DNA of 64,000 nt from Candidatus Marinacidobacterales bacterium (GCA_965226495.1 OZ245365.1:3776001-3840000), one strand, 5' to 3'; shown: positions 9,646 through 19,619, counted from the stretch's first letter. Notes: a model not told the origin generated them from the sequence alone. Numbers and translations are program-made.

Positions 9646-12567
9646 ATGACGACCGCAGGAATCCAGCGCGGCCCGGGGGGCGGTGTGACTATCGTCTCGT
9701 CCGGATCCCTCGAGGATACGCCCCTCGCCGAGGTGATCCGCCGCATCGTGCTCGAGGAGCGAAGTGGAGAGCTCCGCGTCGCCGCTCCGCCGGCGGTGAA
9801 GACGATCTCTTTTGACCGAGGCTTCATCGTGTACGCCTCCAGCAATCTGGAAAGCGACGGCCTCGGGAAGCTGCTGATCGATTCGGGCCGCATCTCCAAG
9901 AACGAGCTTGCCCTGGTGGGCATGCTGACGAGGACGGGCAAGAAGTCTCTGCGCCAGTCTCTGGTGCAGGGCGGCATTGTCTCTGAGGAGGAACTCGGCC
10001 GCTACGTGGCAGTGCAGGTAAACGAGATCGTGCTTTCCTTGTTCTCCCTCGTGCGAGGGACGTACCGCTTCCATGAGGGACCGTGCACGACTCCTATAGA
10101 TCTGATGGTCAGCCTCTCCGCCCACCGAATCTTGTTAGAGGGCATACGGAGGATGAGCAGCGGCAAGCTCATCCTCGGCGGCCTCCCCGCGCTCAAGAGT
10201 AAGGTAACGCTCGTCGATGAGCCTCCCTTCACGCTGGACGTCGACAAGCTTCGACCGATGGAAAAAGCGGTGCTGCGTTTGGCACATCACGGGTTATCGA
10301 TCGGAAGGATCGTCAACACCATCGGCGAGGACAAGGGAAAAACACTTCGCGCCTGCTACTCGCTTTACGGCGCTGGGGTCTTGGAGCCAGTCACAAGCGA
10401 TGCGCCAAGGCCGCGTCCCATCCAAGAGGAGACGGGCTCGTTCTTGGTTTCCGAAATCCTCCGAAAGGTTCAGCCGGTGGAGGACGGCGCGAGTCCACCT
10501 GCTGCCGCCGCGGTAACCGAGGCGGCGAACGCGCCGGTCCCGGCCATCCCAATGAGCGACGAGCCCCATCCGTCTACCGAGGAACCTCCACCCGACGAAT
10601 TGCCCACGCTTGCGGCCCTCGAAGAGCAAGAACGGCAGAACCAAGAAGCGCCGGAGCAACAACAGGCCTCGGGGGGGCTTTCGCTCCTGATCGCAGCAGT
10701 CGGAGCTCTATGGTCCAGCCTCGTTGGATGGTTCGCCAATGCGATGGCTGCGTTTACGACATCGAGGCCTACCGATCAGTCGGCGCAGGTCGCTGACACG
10801 GATGAACCCAAAGCGGGCGACTTTGTTTCTTCGGAAGCCGAAGCGAGAGTTGCTGAGCTGGACCGCACGTCGCCGGCTCCCGAATCGAACGAGATGGCTC
10901 CGACCGTCGCTGCGGTTGGAGTACCGTCGTGGTCTATGATGGATACCCCCAGCGAAGAGGACTCGCCTCCCCCTACCAAAGAGACGGTCGACGACGGGAT
11001 GGGAGTGCCCTCCTGGTCCATGAAGGACACGCCCAGCGAGGACGTAGCGAAACATGCCCCGAGTGCGTTCGTCGAAGAGCCCGACTACCAACACTCAGTA
11101 GTCGAAGGCCTAGGCGTCCCGAAATGGTCCCTCAAGGACGCTCCGGAAGAAGAGTCGATCCCCAAGCGCAGGAAAGAACCGACGCATCTAGAGCCGGAGC
11201 CACCAGTTTCGCTCGGAGTCGAAGACGAGGAGCCGCAGGCGCCGGTTCGCAGCTATCAACCTGACGATTCCTCTCCGATCCTCGAAGACGACCTCGTCGC
11301 GCTAGAACCGGAAGAAAATCCCGAACACTCGATGCTGGACGCAATCCCCTTGGAAGAGATCACCCGAGAAGAGGAAAGCCCCGAACTCTTGATCATGATC
11401 GACGAAGACGCTTTCGCGGATGTCCCGGAGTTCGGGCAGGACGTTGCGGCTCTTCCTCATGAGGAACCGTCTATACACATCGAAACGGAAGTCGACGAAA
11501 CAGACCAAGTCGCCCCCGACATGGAAGTCACGGAAGTCGTCGAGGACGATGTGCCTACGTTCGAACGGGAACCTGCGTTCGAGGAGCAGCAGGTCTTTGC
11601 CGAAACGAGCGCCCCGCCGATGTCCATCGAGGGCGACGAGGACGACGAGGACGTCGAATTCGATTTCGAGCCGGTCACAGCCGAGTCGCAAGCTTCTAGC
11701 GCCGAGCCAAGCCAAGTCGTGGCGCGTTCCGCCCCGGTTGAGGCCCAGGCCCGCGTGTCCACGCCGACCTCGAAGGCAAGCCGCGTCGTCGCAAAAACAC
11801 CTTCACCCGCTCAGGCGAAGGCTCCGGTGACCAAACGAACCAAGAAGCCTTCACCCCCCTCGAAGGCAAGCCGCGTGGTCGCAAAAACACCTCCACCCGC
11901 TCAGGCGAAGGCTCCGGTGGCCAAACGAACCAAGAAGCCTTCACCGCCCTCGAAGGCAAGCCGCGTCGTCGCAAAAACACCTTCACCCACTCAGACGAAG
12001 GCTCCGGTGGCCGAACGAACCAAGAAGCCTTCACCGCCAGCCCCCGAGAGGAAGGCTCCCCCTGAATCAACGCCCCCGACGCGACCCGCTCCGATAGAAC
12101 CCACAGGCGACGGCGACGTGAGCGCTTCGCCGCCCCCGCAGCACAGCAGCCGCCCTAGCAACGAGGATGTCGTCGGAGCCGAGGTACGCCTTCTCCGTGA
12201 CGTGAAGCTCCACTTCAAGGTGAGGGATTGGGCAGGAGCGGTTCCTCTGCTGGAAAGGTTGGTGGAGCTCTCCCCCGGCAACGCCCTTTACCGCGGAATG
12301 CTGGGTCGTGCGATGACGAGCCGGCCCGAGTTACGGAACAACGCAGAGAAGCACTTCGTCGAGGCACTTCGCCTGTCTCCGCAAAACCCTGAGCTCCACT
12401 ATTGGCTCGGCCTCTATTACAAGTCGTTCGGTTTGGAATCTCGAGCCTTCAATGAATTTCGCACTACGCTGCGTATCAATCCACAACACGCAGGTGCCAC
12501 GAAACAAATGGCCGCGGCCGGGAAACGTGGGACCAGTGGCGGCATGCTCAAGAAGCTCTTTGGCTAG
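9646..12567 (+). CDS. DUF4388/PATAN-like N-terminal domain, long low-complexity linker, C-terminal TPR domain
   Basis: GSLEDTPLAEVI...SGELRV...FDRGFIVYASS...LGKLLIDSGRIS N-terminus; TPR-like helices at the C-terminus (ALRLSPQNPELHYWLG, LRINPQHAGA); ends LKKLFG. Confidence 0.75.
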   Translation: MTTAGIQRGPGGGVTIVSSGSLEDTPLAEVIRRIVLEERSGELRVAAPPAVKTISFDRGFIVYASSNLESDGLGKLLIDSGRISKNELALVGMLTRTGKKSLRQSLVQGGIVSEEELGRYVAVQVNEIVLSLFSLVRGTYRFHEGPCTTPIDLMVSLSAHRILLEGIRRMSSGKLILGGLPALKSKVTLVDEPPFTLDVDKLRPMEKAVLRLAHHGLSIGRIVNTIGEDKGKTLRACYSLYGAGVLEPVTSDAPRPRPIQEETGSFLVSEILRKVQPVEDGASPPAAAAVTEAANAPVPAIPMSDEPHPSTEEPPPDELPTLAALEEQERQNQEAPEQQQASGGLSLLIAAVGALWSSLVGWFANAMAAFTTSRPTDQSAQVADTDEPKAGDFVSSEAEARVAELDRTSPAPESNEMAPTVAAVGVPSWSMMDTPSEEDSPPPTKETVDDGMGVPSWSMKDTPSEDVAKHAPSAFVEEPDYQHSVVEGLGVPKWSLKDAPEEESIPKRRKEPTHLEPEPPVSLGVEDEEPQAPVRSYQPDDSSPILEDDLVALEPEENPEHSMLDAIPLEEITREEESPELLIMIDEDAFADVPEFGQDVAALPHEEPSIHIETEVDETDQVAPDMEVTEVVEDDVPTFEREPAFEEQQVFAETSAPPMSIEGDEDDEDVEFDFEPVTAESQASSAEPSQVVARSAPVEAQARVSTPTSKASRVVAKTPSPAQAKAPVTKRTKKPSPPSKASRVVAKTPPPAQAKAPVAKRTKKPSPPSKASRVVAKTPSPTQTKAPVAERTKKPSPPAPERKAPPESTPPTRPAPIEPTGDGDVSASPPPQHSSRPSNEDVVGAEVRLLRDVKLHFKVRDWAGAVPLLERLVELSPGNALYRGMLGRAMTSRPELRNNAEKHFVEALRLSPQNPELHYWLGLYYKSFGLESRAFNEFRTTLRINPQHAGATKQMAAAGKRGTSGGMLKKLFG
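11769..12038 (+). repeat. Three tandem 90-bp in-frame repeats (30 aa, Lys/Pro/Ala-rich)
   Basis: cgaaggcaagccgcgt recurs at 11771, 11861 and 11951; peptide SKASRVVAKTP(S/P)P(A/T)Q(A/T)KAPVxxRTKKPSPP x3. Confidence 0.95.
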
Positions 12568-12688
12568 CAAACGGTAGTACCTTTCCTCGCGTTCCTTATC
12601 CAAAGACTCCCCACGACAACCGCGTCGTGTAACCCCCCGGTAAGCTTGTGCTAAGCTTCAGTGGAAACTCTGTTCGGAAAGGCTGTCG

Positions 12689-14239
12689 ATGCGCCGCGAT
12701 TTCAAAGTGAAGGAACTATTCATAGCAAGTGCCCTGTTGATTGCCCCCTTATGGCTGGGCGGTGTCTATTCCGGAGTCGAGGGCGACATCCACCTAACGC
12801 ACGGCGTTGCTAGTGGTGACGTGACCTCCCGTAGCGCCGTTATTTGGGCGCGGGCCAGTGCGCCCGGTGAAATGGTGGTGGATGTCGATACCGACTCCGC
12901 CTTCCCGAACCCGCGGCGATTTCGGTCGCGGAACTCGGAGCCAACCGATTTCACGGCTCAAGTGAGGCTCGAAGGCCTGCAGCCCGCCACTCGCTACCAC
13001 TTCCGAGTTCACTTCGTCAACGCTTCAGGAGAACGTTCCTCGTGGGCAAACGGAACTCTCGAGACCGCACCGGACACAACAGCTGAGCTTCAAGCTCTTC
13101 GTTTCGTCGTCGTCGGAGATTTGGGCGGCCACGGCTATTGCCGTGACGAGGAAGATGGTTACCGCATCTTCGACCACCTGCGCGAACTGTCACCTCACTT
13201 CATCATCGCCAACGGTGACATGATCTACGCCGACACCGAGTGTCCCACCGAAGGACCGGAAGGGAGACGCAATGTTCCCGGAGAATTTTCGAGAATAGAT
13301 TCGGCCAAAATCGATTGGACGAACCGGGACCAAATCCAAGAGCTCTATTGGAAACACTGGCGCTATCATCGTGCCGATCCTCACTTTCAGCGCTTCCTTG
13401 CGCAAACACCGATCTACGTGCAGTGGGACGACCACGAAGTGATCAACGATTTCGGAGCGCGCTGGCCTTTCTGGCCCCCCGATCAACACCGCGAGGGGTT
13501 CGCTAACGTGGTCGAGGCCGGCAGGAATGCCTTGTTTCATTACAATCCTATCGGGCGAGACTCCAACGAGCCGGAGCGTATCTATCGTTCTTTCCGATGG
13601 GGTAAGGACTTGGAGCTTTTCCTGATCGACGGTCGGTCCTATCGCGACGGTAATGTTCGACCCGACTCCGCCACTCACCCAAAGTCACTTCTGGGAGAGA
13701 AACAGTTCGCGTGGCTAAAGCAAGGCTTAGCCGCATCCGACGCAACGTGGAAAATCGTCAGCTCCGACGTTCCGCTTTCCGCACCGACGGGTTCCGACTC
13801 CGAGAACTACGGCAGGGATGGCTGGGCGAATGGAACCAGGAAGGATCTCTCGTCCCGCACCGGTTTCGAACGCGAGCTCTTGAACCTACTTGGCTATCTC
13901 GACACTTCCGATGTCGACAACCTAGTGTTTGTCGTCACTGATGTTCACGCCGCGCTCAGCATACGGTATGACGTGGACGCGAACGGTGATGGGGATCGGT
14001 TCGTCTTCCACGAGTTCATCAGCGGTCCGCTGATGGCGGGGAAACTTCTCGTCCCCCCCGAGCTCGACCCGACCCTACGACCGGTCCTCCTCTACGCCGA
14101 GGGAGACCTTTTCAATTTCGGGACCTACCGGCTGGAGAGGCGTCCCGACGGCAACGTACACTTCCTCGCTGAGGTCCGCGATGAGACCGGAGGCGTCCGC
14201 CCTGGCTCGTCGATCGACCTGTCGCCTGAGGGCCAGTAA
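12689..14239 (+). CDS. phoD: Alkaline phosphatase D family protein
   Basis: GVASGD...AVIWAR, GDMIYAD, WDDHEV.ND, D.RSYR, LGEKQFAWL and TDVH motifs; N-terminal signal sequence. Confidence 0.9.
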   Translation: MRRDFKVKELFIASALLIAPLWLGGVYSGVEGDIHLTHGVASGDVTSRSAVIWARASAPGEMVVDVDTDSAFPNPRRFRSRNSEPTDFTAQVRLEGLQPATRYHFRVHFVNASGERSSWANGTLETAPDTTAELQALRFVVVGDLGGHGYCRDEEDGYRIFDHLRELSPHFIIANGDMIYADTECPTEGPEGRRNVPGEFSRIDSAKIDWTNRDQIQELYWKHWRYHRADPHFQRFLAQTPIYVQWDDHEVINDFGARWPFWPPDQHREGFANVVEAGRNALFHYNPIGRDSNEPERIYRSFRWGKDLELFLIDGRSYRDGNVRPDSATHPKSLLGEKQFAWLKQGLAASDATWKIVSSDVPLSAPTGSDSENYGRDGWANGTRKDLSSRTGFERELLNLLGYLDTSDVDNLVFVVTDVHAALSIRYDVDANGDGDRFVFHEFISGPLMAGKLLVPPELDPTLRPVLLYAEGDLFNFGTYRLERRPDGNVHFLAEVRDETGGVRPGSSIDLSPEGQ

Positions 14240-14375
14240 AGGTTGGCCAAGAGTCGACCGCACCACACCAATTCGGCCTCGCCATATTGGCGGTTTGCCG
14301 GCCGCGGCGGATTTCGTTATTGTCAAGCATTATGCCGAAACCGCGAGGAACGGCCCGTTGACCTGCGTATCGACT

Positions 14376-15605
14376 TTGGTCAACGGTGGCCAACAACAGG
14401 AACGCGCGTTGCCTGCGGGTGTTGCAGACGCTGTGACTCAGGCGTTGAACGGTGGCGCGCTCCCAAGCGACGCCGCCCACCGACTCGCATTGTCTGAAAG
14501 CGATTCCCTACCGTCACTTTGTCGCGCCGCCGCCGAGCTTCGTGACCGAGGCAAGGGCCGCATCGTTACCTTCTCTCCCAAGGTTTTCATTCCTCTCACC
14601 CGACTTTGTCGAGACTTCTGCGGATATTGCACGTTTCGCCAATCTCCGCCCGAGTCCAAATCGCTCTTCATGACAATCGAAGAAGTCGTGGAGGTTGCCA
14701 AAGCTGGAAAACGTGCCGGCTGCACCGAGGCGCTCTTTACGCTGGGCGAGCGACCCGAGCAGCGCTATCCCGAAGCCAAGGCCTGGCTCCAAGGAGCGGG
14801 GTACCGGACGACGTTGGACTATGTTCGCGATGCCGCAGCAGTTGTCATCGAGGAAGTCGGACTCTTGCCTCATTTGAACCCGGGCACGATGAGCCGTCGA
14901 GAGTTGGCCTCGCTGCGTCCTGTGAGTGCATCCATGGGCATCATGCTCGAGAACGTTAGCCCACGCCTCACCGAACTGGGAGGTCCGCACCATCAAGCAC
15001 CGAGCAAGTGGCCTCTTGCGCGCGTCAAGGCCCTGTCGCTCGCGGGCCAGGAGAAGGTGGCGTTCACCACTGGGCTCCTGGTAGGAATCGGTGAAACCCG
15101 TGCTGAAATCATCGACTCCCTCATTACGATCCGAGAGCTCCATGAGCGCTATGGCCACATCCAAGAGGTCATTATCCAGAACTTCCGGGCAAAACCGGAC
15201 ACGGCCATGAGCGACCACGCGCATGCCTCGACCGAAGCAACCCTGTGGACGGTGGCCGTAGCACGTTTGATTTTGGGCCCGGGGGCCAACATCCAGGTCC
15301 CACCCAACCTCAATCGAACCGACTACCCGACCTACTTGATGGCGGGCATCAACGACTGGGGTGGTGTGTCCCCGGTCACGATCGACTACGTGAACCCTGA
15401 AGCTCCCTGGCCTCACCTCGGCCATCTGCGAGCCCAAACCGAGAGGCTCGGTTTTCAGCTCAAACCGCGTTTGCCGCTTTACCCGGAGCTCGTGACAGGG
15501 GATGGACGCCTTATCCCTACCGACCTGAGCGATCGGGTCCGGGCGCACGCGGATGATGAGGGTTATGTAAGCGGAGGCATCGAGCGCTATGCACCTTCCG
15601 AATAG
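14376..15605 (+). CDS. cofG: FO synthase subunit CofG (radical SAM)
   Basis: VTFSPKVFIPLTRLCRDFCGYC, EALFTLGERPE, LPHLNPG, IQEVIIQNF, QVPPNL, GINDWGGVSPVTIDYVNPEAPWP. Start uncertain; TTG 14376 chosen. Confidence 0.93.
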   Translation: MVNGGQQQERALPAGVADAVTQALNGGALPSDAAHRLALSESDSLPSLCRAAAELRDRGKGRIVTFSPKVFIPLTRLCRDFCGYCTFRQSPPESKSLFMTIEEVVEVAKAGKRAGCTEALFTLGERPEQRYPEAKAWLQGAGYRTTLDYVRDAAAVVIEEVGLLPHLNPGTMSRRELASLRPVSASMGIMLENVSPRLTELGGPHHQAPSKWPLARVKALSLAGQEKVAFTTGLLVGIGETRAEIIDSLITIRELHERYGHIQEVIIQNFRAKPDTAMSDHAHASTEATLWTVAVARLILGPGANIQVPPNLNRTDYPTYLMAGINDWGGVSPVTIDYVNPEAPWPHLGHLRAQTERLGFQLKPRLPLYPELVTGDGRLIPTDLSDRVRAHADDEGYVSGGIERYAPSE

Positions 15606-16944
15606 TCAAGGTTCGAACGGACAGTCCATGGACGCGATGCTGCAAGGCGTCGCGATCGACGTCGCCCGAGTGCTCGGGAAGGCGCTGGATGGTGGAGAAC
15701 TGACGATCGACGAAACCGTTCTGCTGTTTCGGACCACCGGAGCCGAGCTGGACGCCACGGCGAAAACGGCCGATGAGTTACGTAGTCGAACGGTCGGTGA
15801 TCTGGTGACCTACGTCGTCAATCGTAACATCAACTTTACCAACGTGTGCATCAAGCGCTGTGGATTCTGTGCCTTCAGTCGTGATTTTCGCCAAGAAGAA
15901 GGTTATCTCCTCCCCACCGAAGAGATCGTTCGACGCGCGAAGGAAGCGTGGGATCTCGGGGCGACCGAAGTCTGTATCCAGGCCGGCCTTCCCCCTCAAA
16001 TGGAAGGGGACCTCTACATCAAGCTTACCCGAGCACTGAAGGAAGCGCTGCCTGGGCTGCATATCCACGGTTTCTCACCGGAGGAGGTCTTGTACGGTGC
16101 GGTTCGCTCCCGGGCATCGATTCGTGAGTACTTGCACGAGCTCAAGGAAGCTGGAGTAGGAAGCCTCCCGGGTACGTCGGCCGAGATCTTGGATCAAGAT
16201 CTTCGAGACCTCATCTCTCCCGGCCGGATCCGCGCCGATCAATGGATCGATGTCATCACCACCGCTCACGAGCTCGGGATACCCACGACGTCGACCATCA
16301 TGTACGGACACGTCGAGAACGAGGTGCACAAAGCGCGTCACCTCGCCCTGATCCGCGATCTTCAGAAAACGAGTGGCGGTTTCACCGAGTTCGTTCCCCT
16401 GAGCTTCATTCACACAGAAGCGCCCATGTTCACGCACGGCACCGTTCCAACGGTGAGGTCCGGAGCCTCCCGCGAGGAAGTGATCAAGATGCACGCCGTG
16501 GCCCGGATCGTGCTGAACAATTGGATACCGAATTTGCAAGTCTCATGGGTCAAAGAAGGACTGCCCACTAGCCAACTCCTCCTCACCGCGGGAGTGAACG
16601 ACATGGGTGGCACTCTCATGAACGAGAGCATCTCCACCTCGGCGGGAGCGCCCTTCGGCCAGTTGGTGGCACCGCTCACCTTCCGGAAGCTGATTCGCGA
16701 GGCCGGCCGTGTCCCCGCCGAGCGCCATACCACGTACCGGATTCGACGAGTCTTTGCCGACCAAGAGAGTGCAGCGGCGTCCGACCCCTTGGATGAGATC
16801 GGACAGGACTCAGAAGAACGCCTCGGCTCGTATCAACGCCTAATCAAGATGGACCGCTTTCGTTATCAACATCCTCGCCGTAAGGCGGTTGCCCTCGCTG
16901 GTGGGCCTGGTAAGCCTGGTAAGCCTAGTAAGGATTTCCAGTGA
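15589..16944 (+). CDS. cofH: FO synthase subunit CofH (radical SAM)
   Basis: VTYVVNRNINFTNVCIKRCGFCAFS, PGTSAEILD, TSTIMYGH, GFTEFVPL, QVSWVK, GGTLMNESIS; directly after cofG. Confidence 0.92.
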   Translation: MHLPNSQGSNGQSMDAMLQGVAIDVARVLGKALDGGELTIDETVLLFRTTGAELDATAKTADELRSRTVGDLVTYVVNRNINFTNVCIKRCGFCAFSRDFRQEEGYLLPTEEIVRRAKEAWDLGATEVCIQAGLPPQMEGDLYIKLTRALKEALPGLHIHGFSPEEVLYGAVRSRASIREYLHELKEAGVGSLPGTSAEILDQDLRDLISPGRIRADQWIDVITTAHELGIPTTSTIMYGHVENEVHKARHLALIRDLQKTSGGFTEFVPLSFIHTEAPMFTHGTVPTVRSGASREEVIKMHAVARIVLNNWIPNLQVSWVKEGLPTSQLLLTAGVNDMGGTLMNESISTSAGAPFGQLVAPLTFRKLIREAGRVPAERHTTYRIRRVFADQESAAASDPLDEIGQDSEERLGSYQRLIKMDRFRYQHPRRKAVALAGGPGKPGKPSKDFQ

Positions 16945-17882
16945 GCTCGAACCAGATCCTCGCCTTTTCTGGAGGCGTCGGGGGCGCCAAGCTTGCGCTG
17001 GGGCTTACTCGGGTGCTCGGTCCCGAGCGATTGACCATCGTCGTGAACACCGGAGATGACGAAGAATTCTATGGCCTTCATGTGGCGCCGGATCTCGACA
17101 CCGTGATGTATACGCTCGCCGGGGTGGTCAACGCCGAGACAGGTTGGGGTGTGGCAGGCGAATCGTTTCGATCCCTCGACATGTTGAAGCGTTACGGCGC
17201 ACCAACTTGGTTTCAATTGGGGGACAAAGATCTCGCAACTCACATTCTTCGCAGACAGAGATTAGACGAAGGTCGCACGCTGTCGGAAGTAGCTGAAGAG
17301 CTCTGCCACCGATTGGGAATTCGTCATCGAGTCGTTCCCATGTCGGATCAACCGATCAGGAGCATCGTTGAGACCGATGAAGGAGACATTGCCTTCCAAA
17401 GTTACTTCGTGGAACGAAAATGTGAGCCGGTGATGAAGGGTCTGAGGTTCGAGGGAGCTCGAGATGCGACGCCGGCACCCGAGTTCGGTCGGGCGCTCCA
17501 CGATGCGTCTACTCTGGTCTTCTGCCCCTCAAACCCATGGTTGAGTGTCGACCCGATACTATCCATACCAGGTGTCAGGAAGGCCGTCCAATCTTTCCCA
17601 GGTCGCCGTCTAGCAGTGAGTCCCATCGTTGGAGGCAAGGCTCTCAAGGGTCCAGCTGCCAAGATCATGTCTGAGCTCGGCTATGAAGTGAGTGCGGTAG
17701 GGATCGCCTCCTACTATCGAAACTTGGTCGACACTTTAGTGATAGATGAGGCCGACCGAGAGCTAGCCCCTTCCATCGAAGCGCTCGGTTTGTCGACTCA
17801 CACAACTGGGACGGTGATGCGGACCCTAGAAGACAAGATTAGTCTGGCGCGAGAGATCTCCCGGATCGCGGACGTAGGCTAA
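16941..17882 (+). CDS. cofD: 2-phospho-L-lactate/phosphoenolpyruvate transferase CofD/FbiA
   Basis: GGVGGAKL, VNTGDD, PDLDTVMYTLAG, WFQLGDKDLATH, PSNP..S..PIL, VSPIVGG..KGPA; GTGA overlap with cofH. Confidence 0.95.
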   Translation: MSSNQILAFSGGVGGAKLALGLTRVLGPERLTIVVNTGDDEEFYGLHVAPDLDTVMYTLAGVVNAETGWGVAGESFRSLDMLKRYGAPTWFQLGDKDLATHILRRQRLDEGRTLSEVAEELCHRLGIRHRVVPMSDQPIRSIVETDEGDIAFQSYFVERKCEPVMKGLRFEGARDATPAPEFGRALHDASTLVFCPSNPWLSVDPILSIPGVRKAVQSFPGRRLAVSPIVGGKALKGPAAKIMSELGYEVSAVGIASYYRNLVDTLVIDEADRELAPSIEALGLSTHTTGTVMRTLEDKISLAREISRIADVG

Positions 17883-17887
17883 GGAAA

Positions 17888-18505
17888 ATGAACGTGGCGG
17901 TGACGATAGTGATTCCGGTGAAACCCTTGAACGAGGCAAAGAGCCGACTTGCATCGGTACTCGGCCCGGAGACTCGCCGGGAGCTGGTCACCGACATGCT
18001 GGGAAACGTCCTAACCGCTGCCAAGCAATCGAAGGCTAAAAGGATGTTGGTGGTCACCCGTGATTCGATGGTCGGGGCGATGGTCTCGGCCACCGGAGCG
18101 GAATGGACACCGGACCCCGCTACAACGCTCAACGGTAGCTTGCGGGAAGTCTTCCGCACTTGCTGGGCGAATGGAGAAACACCACTCTACCTGCCCGCCG
18201 ATCTACCACGGCTGCGGGCGTCGGAGATTGACGGGATCCTCAGTACTTGGGACGGTGAGGATCAAATTGTTTTGTCCCCTTGCCACAAGGAGCAAGGAAC
18301 GAATGCGCTATTGGTGCCGGCGACATGCGGATTTGAACCTCGACTAGGTGACGGAAGCTTTGCTCGGCACCTGGCGCGCGCATCAAGCTCCGGTATCGTA
18401 ACCGAGGTTTACCGGGCCCCAGGTATAGCCTTCGACATCGACACACCCGAAGATCTCCTCACTCATCGCTACGCCGCCCGATCCCCTCAGGTTCACGCGC
18501 ATTGA
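17888..18505 (+). CDS. cofC: 2-phospho-L-lactate/PEP guanylyltransferase CofC/FbiD
   Basis: IPVK...AKSRLA, ADLP, GTNAL, GSFARH and DIDTPEDL motifs; in the cof operon. Confidence 0.93.
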   Translation: MNVAVTIVIPVKPLNEAKSRLASVLGPETRRELVTDMLGNVLTAAKQSKAKRMLVVTRDSMVGAMVSATGAEWTPDPATTLNGSLREVFRTCWANGETPLYLPADLPRLRASEIDGILSTWDGEDQIVLSPCHKEQGTNALLVPATCGFEPRLGDGSFARHLARASSSGIVTEVYRAPGIAFDIDTPEDLLTHRYAARSPQVHAH

Positions 18506-19482
18506 GCGCGGAACGCCCTTCCCTCGGCATCCTTCTCCCTACACGCGGACTGCTACTGAAAGGCGATCGACCTCTCAATGCGGAACTCGTCCTATCCCTA
18601 GCGCGGACCGCAGAGGACGCCGGCATCGATTCACTGTGGGTGGGTGACAGCCTGACGGCGAAACCTCGCCTCGAGCCCCTGACCACTCTCGCCGCGGTTG
18701 CGGCACGGACAACCCGCGTTCGTATCGGGACCTCGGTGCTCCTCGCGGCGCTTCGGCACCCAATCACCTCGGCGCACATCATCGGGACCTTGGATCTTCT
18801 CTCCGGCGGACGATTGAAGTTGGGAGCCGGGGTGGGCGGCGCCTTCGTTGACGCCCAGAAAAAGGAATGGCGAAACGTGGGGGTCGACCCCAAGGAGCGC
18901 ACCGGGCGTTTGGAAGAATGGGTACAGATCGTGAAGCGGTTGACCCGGGGCGACACGGTGAGCTTTGAGGGCCGGCACTTTCAATTGGATGAAGTGTCGG
19001 TGCGGCCCCTTTCGCCACAGGACGGCGGCGTGCCGATTCTGCTGGCAACGCATTGGGCCACCGGCAACGCAAAACAGCAGCAGCGAGTGATTCGTTGGGC
19101 CGACGGCTACATCGGAATCAGTGACTCGCCTTCAGATTTCGCAAGGCTGACGGAACGATTGAGCGAGCTGTCGCAAGAGGCAGGCCGAGACTTCACCAAG
19201 ATGGACTCGGCCTTCTACATGACGGTGAACCTCAACGAAGATGAGCGGCGAGCCGAAGAAGAAGCCGACAGCTTCATTCGCAATTACTACGGCCTGAACT
19301 TCTGGACGGACAAGTGGGGCCCTTTCGGCCACCCCGACAAAGTGGTGGAAAGGATCCGGGAGTACGCTGTCGCGGGAGCGAAGACGGTGGTCGTTCGCTT
19401 CGCCTCCCTGGAGCAGGAGCATCAGCTCGAAGTCTTCTTGGCACGAGTACTCCCGAGCGTCCGCGGCTCAAGGAGCTCGTGA
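18502..19482 (+). CDS. LLM-class (luciferase-like) oxidoreductase, probably F420-dependent
   Basis: AEDAGIDSLWVGDS, EPLTTLAAVAARTTRVRIGTSV, LDLLSGGRL.LG.G.G; overlaps the cofC stop. Confidence 0.88.
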   Translation: MSAERPSLGILLPTRGLLLKGDRPLNAELVLSLARTAEDAGIDSLWVGDSLTAKPRLEPLTTLAAVAARTTRVRIGTSVLLAALRHPITSAHIIGTLDLLSGGRLKLGAGVGGAFVDAQKKEWRNVGVDPKERTGRLEEWVQIVKRLTRGDTVSFEGRHFQLDEVSVRPLSPQDGGVPILLATHWATGNAKQQQRVIRWADGYIGISDSPSDFARLTERLSELSQEAGRDFTKMDSAFYMTVNLNEDERRAEEEADSFIRNYYGLNFWTDKWGPFGHPDKVVERIREYAVAGAKTVVVRFASLEQEHQLEVFLARVLPSVRGSRSS

Positions 19483-19516
19483 CTCGTCAAGCCACGGCTG
19501 AGCAAGAAAAAACCTA

Positions 19517-19580
19517 GACAGGATTACGGGATAACAGGATTGGCCCTCTTCATGTACGGTTTCTTTATCCTGTCATCCTG
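19517..19580. repeat. Degenerate CAGGAT/ATCCTG inverted repeat (REP-like)
   Basis: gacaggattacgggataacaggat followed by atcctgtcatcctg. Confidence 0.4.
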
Positions 19581-19619
19581 CTGGACCCGGATGAACTGGA
19601 CCGCCTTCATCAAGCTTTT

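Noticed and set aside
11769-12038. 90-bp tandem repeats as a CRISPR array
   Set aside because: There are no unique spacers, the repeats are in frame within a CDS, and no cas genes are present.
14514-15548. 344-aa antisense ORF over cofG, and similar ones over addA and pilT
   Set aside because: Long antisense frames are expected at this GC content and show no recognisable motifs.
16906-16932. 9-bp x3 repeat (cct(g/a)gtaag) at the cofH 3' end
   Set aside because: Short in-frame slippage in an unconserved tail; no evidence of function.
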